From Fibrobacteria bacterium (lineage in GTDB: Bacteria; Fibrobacterota; Fibrobacteria; UBA11236): 33,791 nt of DNA. Location: positions 1 to 33,791 of the forward strand of contig JBGTHM010000049.1 of the NCBI GenBank assembly GCA_041746255.1. The letters are read 5' to 3'. Position 1 is the first letter of the stretch. Every line of letters begins with the position of its first letter. The translations under genes and the position numbers were made by a program. Positions 27,443 through 33,791 of the stretch are shown one piece after another. A model generated the notes under the pieces. The model ran no database searches. It saw only the letters and a list, made by a program, of their open reading frames with translations, and had not been told where the DNA came from.

Positions 27443-28156
27443 ATGAAAAAATTACTGAATATTTGCATACCCACCTTCGAGGATGAGACCTCTCTCAAAA
27501 CCGCTTTGGAGCGTATTCCCAGGGATTTGTGGCCGGATATCGGCGTGGTTGCGATTATTTTGCCGGATAAGAATCCCGCTTTCTTTGAGTCCTATCCTCT
27601 TTTTCTTCGATATCCCAAGATCAGATTTATTGAAGGGAACCGGAAATGGGAATATGGACTTGCGGTGCGCAAAGGCCTGGGACTATGCCGTGAAGCGGAT
27701 TCGGAATATACCGCATGCTTCCGGGCGGGCCGGAATTCTGTTTCCGAAACCCTGGTTAAGCTGGTATCGCATATGGAAATTTATGACATGGATTTGCTTC
27801 AAGGCTCTCGTCCGCCCAAGGACTTCGCTACCCGAGGGTTCAGTGCCTGGGTGGAATCCACTCTCGTCGGTCTGGAGAACCGCTATCTCGATCTTAAACT
27901 GAGCGATATGCGCCCGGGTTGCATGGTGTATGCCCGGAAGGCGATGCGATCCATTCCTTTCGAAAAATTGAGTATGGGGGACGCCTTTGACATTGAGGTG
28001 TTGGCCTGTGCCCGCGAACTCAACCTACGAATTGGGGAGTTGCAACTACCGGCGCGTGAGTGGGAAAGGCAAAATGCCTTCGCGCAAAGCGTCCAGGTTC
28101 TTAAGGTGTTGACCAAATATAAGCTGGGATATTATCGGGAAAACCCCAAAGTTTGA
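27443..28156 (+). CDS. Glycosyltransferase family 2-like protein (degenerate motifs)
   Basis: NICIPTFED, YGLAVRKGL, DLLQGSR, LSDMRPGCMVY and FDIEVL resemble DPM1-like GT2, but the Asp motifs are missing. Confidence 0.7.
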   Translation: MKKLLNICIPTFEDETSLKTALERIPRDLWPDIGVVAIILPDKNPAFFESYPLFLRYPKIRFIEGNRKWEYGLAVRKGLGLCREADSEYTACFRAGRNSVSETLVKLVSHMEIYDMDLLQGSRPPKDFATRGFSAWVESTLVGLENRYLDLKLSDMRPGCMVYARKAMRSIPFEKLSMGDAFDIEVLACARELNLRIGELQLPAREWERQNAFAQSVQVLKVLTKYKLGYYRENPKV

Positions 28157-28175
28157 GGATAATCGATATACCCTT

Positions 28176-28754
28176 TTACCAAACCGCCTCATAGTTCGGG
28201 TGCAAAAAATTCCACTCCTTGGAATAAACATGTACTTTGTGCGTTAAGCGGGCATTTCCCCGTGCATCCTTTTCATAAAAGGATTGTTCGATATGACTCC
28301 ATGCCAGCATACCCCCTTCGAGATTAAGGCAGGAGATTTTTTGCTTACTTAATTCCAAGGCGAAAAGAGCGCTGCGGTAGCCCAGGGTGCAATAGCAAAC
28401 GAAAGTTTTTTCCTCAGGAATGCCGGTCCGGAATCGCTCCGCGAATTCGAGGGTAGTCAGAGCATTCGGTAGCATCGAAACAGCTTGTTCATTCGGCTGT
28501 CGCACATCGATAAGGACCAGGTTCGTATCGCCCAACCGATTTTTCAGGGAGTCGGCCCGGATGGCCGGAACGTTCAATTTTCCGGTCAGTTCTACATAGC
28601 GTGTCCGCATTTGGCCCGCCAGCTTTTCAGCCCGGATTTGCGAAGGCGGGGGCCCGGCAAGTAGGCTCGGGAATTGCATCAGAATGAGGAGAAATACCGG
28701 CAGGGGCCAATGGATTGCCCGGTAGCGGAATGTGCAATGGATTTCTGAACGCAT
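28176..28754 (-). CDS. Rhodanese-domain protein, probably exported
   Basis: LIDVRQPNE, VSMLPNA, active-site loop YCTLGYRS, NLEGGMLAW, N-terminal hydrophobic segment. Confidence 0.88.
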   Translation of the reverse strand: MRSEIHCTFRYRAIHWPLPVFLLILMQFPSLLAGPPPSQIRAEKLAGQMRTRYVELTGKLNVPAIRADSLKNRLGDTNLVLIDVRQPNEQAVSMLPNALTTLEFAERFRTGIPEEKTFVCYCTLGYRSALFALELSKQKISCLNLEGGMLAWSHIEQSFYEKDARGNARLTHKVHVYSKEWNFLHPNYEAVW

Positions 28755-28852
28755 GTTCTCAAAATAATAAGCTTTAATCCAGGACGGATTCCCAAAATCG
28801 GTTTTGGATGCTCCCTAGGGAACCCGCTCTGCAAATAGCTAAATTCCGTCTG

Positions 28853-31063
28853 GTGGAACCTCATTTATTCTCGGATCCGAATGGTCGACACGAGCCGCTG
28901 GCTGCGCGCATGCGACCACGCACCTTGGATGAATTCGTGGGTCAAAGGCATATTGTCGGCCCGGGCCGTCTGCTTCGCCGCGCCATCCAGGCGGACCAGC
29001 TTTCATCCCTGATTTTCTCCGGGCCTCCCGGAACGGGTAAAACCACTCTGGCCCGGGTAATCGCGAATTCCACTAAAGCGCATTTTATCGCCATTAACGC
29101 GGTGCTGGCGGGAGTCAAGGACATCCGTGAGTCGATTGAAGGCGCAAAAAATGCAAGAAGAATCGGCGGCCGCAAAACCATCCTTTTTGTGGATGAGGTG
29201 CATCGCTTCAATAAGGCTCAACAAGACGCCCTGTTGCCGCATGTGGAAAGCGGGCTAATCATTCTCATTGGGGCCACCACCGAAAACCCTTATTTCGAGG
29301 TGAACAAAGCGTTGGTTTCCCGCTCCCGGATTTTTCTGCTGAGACCCTTGGAAGCCGAGGATATTCGGGAAACGCTGCTACGGGCTATTTCCGATTCGGA
29401 AAGAGGTTATGGGCAACGCAATATCGAAGTGGCCGAAGACGCTTTGGAGCATATTGTACAAATGGCGGGAGGAGATGCCCGTAGCGCTTTGAATGCCTTG
29501 GAGTTGGCCGTAGAGACTACACCCATCAATTCCGAAAACGGTACTTCGGTAAAAATTGGTTTGTCGGAAGCGGAAGAAAGCATTCAACGGCGCGCCGTCC
29601 TGTACGACAAGGATGGCGATGCCCACTACGATACCATTTCGGCTTTTATCAAATCGCTGCGTGGTTCCGATCCGGACGCGGCCCTTTATTGGATGGCCAA
29701 AATGCTTTATGCCGGTGAAGATCCGCGTTTTATTTTCCGGCGCATGTTGATATTGGCCAGTGAAGACGTCGGTTTGGCCGACCCGAAAGCCCTCGGCATC
29801 ATCGCTTCCGCGGCCCAGGCTTACGACTATGTGGGCCTTCCGGAGGGGCAGTTTCATCTCGCCCAGGCCTGTCTTTATTTGGCAACCGCTCCCAAGAGCA
29901 ATTCCACTATGACTTATTTCGACGTATTGGCTCAAGTCGGTCGCGAACGGGAAGACGAGGTTCCCAATCACCTGAAGGATCCGGCACGCGACGGGGAAGG
30001 TTTTGGACATGGCCAGGGCTATAAATACCCCCATGCTTACCGCGAACATTGGGTGGCACAGCAATATTTACCGGAATCTTTGCGCGGCAAGATTTTTTAT
30101 ACCCCTTCCGACTCCGGATACGAAGCGGATATCCGGGACAGAGTTGCGAGAAACCGGGAAGCCCAGTTGGCCGCCGATGCCCAAACCGGTGATTGGGTTC
30201 AACCGCAGGGAAACGAGAACCGCTGGTTGGAACGTGCTTTAAATGCTACCGGAGAGATTTTAAATAAGGTCAGGGAGGAAATCTTTGCATTGGCGGCTCC
30301 TACGCGGGATGCGCTTGTACTCGACCTTTCCGGCGGTTCCGGCTTTCTGAGCTGGGAAGCCTTACGCCGATGTCCGGAAGGCGGAGTATGGACCCGGTGC
30401 CGTGACCTATCGGAGCAGAAAGCTTTGGAGGCCTGGTCCCAGCGTCTGGGTCCCTTTGGGGAACCTGTATTTTTCACGGCATCCACTGACTCCACAGTGG
30501 ATTATTTACTCGGCCTGACGGACCCCCCTTGCTTTCAACGAATTGTTTCTTTGGACGGGTTGTCTGCTATCGAGCGGCCAGAATCTACCCTGGTCGGATT
30601 ATTACGGCTGATGGAAACTGATGGGGTTTGGGTTGCGGCCGAATCGGATCGGGCTGAGGGTCCTTTTCTCCATGAATTTCTGGCTAGCGGCGAGTTCGCT
30701 CCCGAATTGTGGCAAAGATTGAGCTCTATAGGTCGAGACTCAGAGGGATCGGCAATGAACGATTTGCAAACCGCATGGGAAGAAGCGGTTCGACCTACGA
30801 GCGTGGACCTTCGCGTCTTGAAGCGGGAGTTCATGGGCAATCGTCAATTTACGCGCGCCCAGGTTTTTTCCTGGTTTACGGATGTGGAGGCCCCCGCCGA
30901 TGAGCGGAGTGACCGAAAAAAATCCGCCTATTTGACCCGGTTGAAACAAAACCTGAGTCAATCCGAGTGGGCGCATTTGAAATCCATTGCCTTGCAATCT
31001 TTGCCTGGCCGCAAGCTCGCCTGGAAGCAGTGCTACCGTTTTTTCCGCTTGCAATTTTCCTGA
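28853..31063 (+). CDS. rarA: Replication-associated recombination protein RarA/MgsA fused to a C-terminal methyltransferase-like domain
   Basis: PLAARMRP, Walker A GPPGTGKT, Walker B FVDEVHRFNKAQQD, GATTENP, SAFIKSLRGSDPD, YKYPH, plus a ~290-aa extension. GTG 28853 is preferred; the alternative start is ATG 28808. Confidence 0.93.
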   Translation: MEPHLFSDPNGRHEPLAARMRPRTLDEFVGQRHIVGPGRLLRRAIQADQLSSLIFSGPPGTGKTTLARVIANSTKAHFIAINAVLAGVKDIRESIEGAKNARRIGGRKTILFVDEVHRFNKAQQDALLPHVESGLIILIGATTENPYFEVNKALVSRSRIFLLRPLEAEDIRETLLRAISDSERGYGQRNIEVAEDALEHIVQMAGGDARSALNALELAVETTPINSENGTSVKIGLSEAEESIQRRAVLYDKDGDAHYDTISAFIKSLRGSDPDAALYWMAKMLYAGEDPRFIFRRMLILASEDVGLADPKALGIIASAAQAYDYVGLPEGQFHLAQACLYLATAPKSNSTMTYFDVLAQVGREREDEVPNHLKDPARDGEGFGHGQGYKYPHAYREHWVAQQYLPESLRGKIFYTPSDSGYEADIRDRVARNREAQLAADAQTGDWVQPQGNENRWLERALNATGEILNKVREEIFALAAPTRDALVLDLSGGSGFLSWEALRRCPEGGVWTRCRDLSEQKALEAWSQRLGPFGEPVFFTASTDSTVDYLLGLTDPPCFQRIVSLDGLSAIERPESTLVGLLRLMETDGVWVAAESDRAEGPFLHEFLASGEFAPELWQRLSSIGRDSEGSAMNDLQTAWEEAVRPTSVDLRVLKREFMGNRQFTRAQVFSWFTDVEAPADERSDRKKSAYLTRLKQNLSQSEWAHLKSIALQSLPGRKLAWKQCYRFFRLQFS

Positions 31064-31096
31064 GGGCCCGTGGGGAGGCGGTGGCCGCCCGGGAGT

Positions 31097-32341
31097 TCAC
31101 CGAAACGCATCGCGAATATGCCAGGCATAGAGGCTTTTCCGGGTACCTGTCATCGTGGATTGCTCGAGTACGCTTAGCGAAGAGTCGCGTAGGGAGGCCA
31201 TTTCGATTTGCATGGCTGCCTTGGAAGCGTTCGCGGGAGCCTGATCAAGAAGTCGCCTGACCTTTAATCCTTCCAGAAAAATCGGGTAAAAAAGATAGTC
31301 GCGGAATTTGAATTCAGGATCGGGTTTCAAGTGGGGTTCGGGATTGGGATCGAGAAGCCCATATTGCATTTTTACCAGATTCGCATATCGGCGAGACACG
31401 AAATCCTCCTGCGAAAACGTGCTGATACGCAACGCGATACGGTCTCGAACTTCCGCCTGGAAAAAGCTATCGGGGTGAAAACTTAAGGCTTCGTCCAGTT
31501 TAAGAAAAGTGAAGTAGGGGTTACCCTGGAAATTCCTTTCCAAGGATTGGAAAATTTGCCGTTTTTCCCGTCTAAGTTCATCCTCATACGGCGAGAGAAA
31601 ACGGATCAAGAATAATTGCCCTTGCACATTGGTATATCGACCCTGATAGGCGGACTTTCTCAAGGCCTGAAGGCCCGTGTGCATACTCACTCCTCGACCG
31701 AATAATTTGAAAGCGCCGCGAACCACCAAAGGTGCGTTGGCGACGCTGCAGTGAAACATGCCGGTTCCGAGTTGGGCGTCGTGCATGCGAGGATCAATGC
31801 GAAAAGCCTTTTCCAATTGTTTCAGCGCGTGATATCCCTCGGTGATGGCTTGGGTCACGTCGGTATGGATATACAAGGTGGCCATGAACCCTTGAATTCC
31901 CCCGGAGATGAAAAGGTAGGTGGCATGATCGGGGTTTTTCTCCAGGTAAATTTTACACAAGGAAAGGCCCTGCGCGGCGACTTTCCGGACCAGCCTCCGT
32001 ATACCGGTTTCAGCTATGGGATTGGCGAAGTCTCCGTTCTGCAGGTGGGTGACATGCGTTGCCACCTCCAGTAGGTAGCTTAATGGGGGCAGGGAGCCCG
32101 CGCGCTCCAATTTGCGCATCTCTTTTAGCGCAGCCTGGGCCTGCGTGTTTCGTGCCGAATAAATCGCGTTTAAATAAGCCTGGGCTAAGTTGTCTTGTTC
32201 TTTGACAATACCGCGATAGAGGCCAATTTCTTGAGACTTATCCTGGGAGTTTCCCAGGGTGGGAGCCAGGAGAAATGCACCCACTACAAGCATTAATCTT
32301 GTCAGGATTTTAGAGGATAGGGACGGGTGAAGTTCACGCAA
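31097..32341 (-). CDS. Hypothetical secreted alpha-helical (TPR-like) protein
   Basis: Signal-peptide-like segment (MLVVGAFLLAPTLGNS) and TPR-like LEKAFRIDPRMHDAQLGTGMF. Start is uncertain. Confidence 0.7.
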   Translation of the reverse strand: MRELHPSLSSKILTRLMLVVGAFLLAPTLGNSQDKSQEIGLYRGIVKEQDNLAQAYLNAIYSARNTQAQAALKEMRKLERAGSLPPLSYLLEVATHVTHLQNGDFANPIAETGIRRLVRKVAAQGLSLCKIYLEKNPDHATYLFISGGIQGFMATLYIHTDVTQAITEGYHALKQLEKAFRIDPRMHDAQLGTGMFHCSVANAPLVVRGAFKLFGRGVSMHTGLQALRKSAYQGRYTNVQGQLFLIRFLSPYEDELRREKRQIFQSLERNFQGNPYFTFLKLDEALSFHPDSFFQAEVRDRIALRISTFSQEDFVSRRYANLVKMQYGLLDPNPEPHLKPDPEFKFRDYLFYPIFLEGLKVRRLLDQAPANASKAAMQIEMASLRDSSLSVLEQSTMTGTRKSLYAWHIRDAFR

Positions 32342-32430
32342 ACGGGAAAACCTCTATTCAGCCCGGAGGTGAGGTCGCAATACGGATAAAATGACTCCCA
32401 TAAATCCAGGCAAAAATGTAATTATACTAA

Positions 32431-32609
32431 GAGTGCCTAACAGAATGGGGTTTGTAGCGAGGGCGCGCGAGGAAGTTCAGGGCGAGGCCCGAGGCCTTGA
32501 GAACCTTGAAGGCGTGGCTGGAGGCCACGTCGATGGGTTTGAAAGGTCGAGAACGACGCCCTGGACTTTCGTAGCCGGCCGTAGTAGAACCCCATTCTGT
32601 TAGGCACTC
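32431..32609. mobile_element. MITE (non-autonomous miniature inverted-repeat element), 179 bp
   Basis: Perfect 22-bp terminal inverted repeats GAGTGCCTAACAGAATGGGGTT (32431-32452) and AACCCCATTCTGTTAGGCACTC (32588-32609), flanked by TAA on both sides (32428-32430 and 32610-32612). No transposase. Confidence 0.88.
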
Positions 32610-32627
32610 TAAGATGGAAACAGATAA

Positions 32628-33791
32628 ATGCCTGATTTAGACAAGCAACAGGAGGCGGCAAGCGCTCAAGTCCTGAAGGAAAAGGCTGGAACGGCCGGAA
32701 AGCTGGAAGGGTTCATGCATTTTTTGGATCCAGCCATGCGCTATGGGATCGGTTTACTCGATCGGATACGCCGTCGCAGCGAGGATCCCGACACCTCTTT
32801 TCCGGTACGCTTCGTGTTCCAGTATATCCGCACCTTGATACTTGCCTTCATGTCCTTCGGAACGAACCAGGTACCTGTCCGGGCAAGCGCCCTGACCTAT
32901 ACAACCTTTCTGTCCATTGTTCCTTTTTTGGCCATTTTTTCGGCTGTGGCAGGCGCTTTCGGCTATTTGGATCTCATTTCCCAATTCCTTCCTTTGCTGA
33001 ATGAGGCTCTCAATCTCAACCTTCCCCTGGAAATGGTCTACACCATCATTATAAGGGCCCAGGAGGTTAACTTCCGACAGCTTGGCCTAATCGGAAGCGG
33101 CAGTCTCCTGGTCGTTTTCATCATCTTCATGAGCAATATCGAATTGGCTTTGGATCATATCTGGGACGTGGGTAAAAGGCGAACCATTCTGCAGCGCCTC
33201 AAGGAATACCTGCCCTTTTTATTGCTGCTCATCATTCTCATCCTGATCGCGGCCCAAATCCTCTTACGATATCGGGATTTCCTCGCGACGCAAGCCTCCG
33301 GAGTGGAAGTGCCGGGACTCGTGTACCAAACCATATTTTTCATCAGCCTCATTGTGCTCTTGGCCTTTATCTGGATAGGCTTGACTCTGTTGTTATTCAT
33401 TGTTCCCAATACCCGGGTACGGTTCGGGTCGGCGGTTCTCGGCTCAACTACCTCGGCGTTGGTAATTTTTCTGTTTAGCCGGTTGATGCTGTTTCTACCC
33501 AACAATATTCTTACGGGGGGCCGTGCGGCGCTTTACGGATCATTGGCTGTAATACCCGCCTTGCTTCTGGTTTTCTATTTGCTTTGGGTGGTGGTGCTTT
33601 TCGGAGCTTCGGTGGGATTTGTATATCAACGGCTTTACCTGAGTCGTCAAAAAAGCACCGGAGCGGAATTGGAAGATTGGAAGAATTTCAGCGTATTTGA
33701 AGGCCGTAGCGTGCAGGTATTAAGCACCGTTTATGCACTCCATGCGGAAAGGAAAAAACTGGTTCTGAAGCATGAACTGCAAGAGCGGTTG
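32628..33791 (+). CDS. YihY/virulence factor BrkB family membrane protein (3' partial)
   Basis: Hand-translated frame open to the window end and absent from the track: RASALTYTTFLSIVPFLA, IELALDHIW, PNTRVRFGSAVLG, LYGSLAVIPALLLVFYLLWVVVLFGA. Confidence 0.9.
   Translation, partial: MPDLDKQQEAASAQVLKEKAGTAGKLEGFMHFLDPAMRYGIGLLDRIRRRSEDPDTSFPVRFVFQYIRTLILAFMSFGTNQVPVRASALTYTTFLSIVPFLAIFSAVAGAFGYLDLISQFLPLLNEALNLNLPLEMVYTIIIRAQEVNFRQLGLIGSGSLLVVFIIFMSNIELALDHIWDVGKRRTILQRLKEYLPFLLLLIILILIAAQILLRYRDFLATQASGVEVPGLVYQTIFFISLIVLLAFIWIGLTLLLFIVPNTRVRFGSAVLGSTTSALVIFLFSRLMLFLPNNILTGGRAALYGSLAVIPALLLVFYLLWVVVLFGASVGFVYQRLYLSRQKSTGAELEDWKNFSVFEGRSVQVLSTVYALHAERKKLVLKHELQERL

Noticed and set aside
14068..30064. 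Long antisense or alternate-frame ORFs (e.g. 14068-14775, 16983-17630, 29378-30064)
   Set aside because: They are shadows of well-conserved genes on the opposite strand, with no recognisable motifs.
32391..32661. Short ORFs 32391-32603 (+) and 32437-32661 (-) sharing RVPNRMGF/TPFC
   Set aside because: They are artefacts of translating the MITE inverted repeats; there are no transposase motifs.

Overview
Core-chromosomal window from a bacterium, probably of the FCB group and possibly Fibrobacterota (an inference from gene style, not verified). The left ~10 kb holds housekeeping genes (argS, rsfS, a LytR-C lipoprotein, panD, tRNA-Leu(CAA), a TPR/SPOR protein, lapA-like, miaB, a HAD phosphatase, an M14 peptidase). 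It also holds a 45-aa Lys/Ala-rich histone-H1-like gene absent from the ORF track. The centre (10.2-27.3 kb) is nadA plus a complete aerobic respiratory module: ctaM/DUF420, ctaA, ctaB, alternative complex III (actABCDEF plus actG-like), SCO, an A2-type caa3 oxidase (subunits II, I, III, IV) and one extra coupled membrane-anchored gene. The right end has a degenerate GT2-like gene, a rhodanese, a RarA fusion with a methyltransferase-like domain, a secreted TPR-like protein, a 179-bp MITE with a TAA target duplication, and a partial yihY. I found no CRISPR array, prophage or transposase, and no clearly new multi-gene system. The best leads are the MITE, the tiny basic protein with a structured leader, non-canonical ArgRS motifs, a recurrent leaderless-promoter pattern and the extra gene in the ACIII-oxidase operon.
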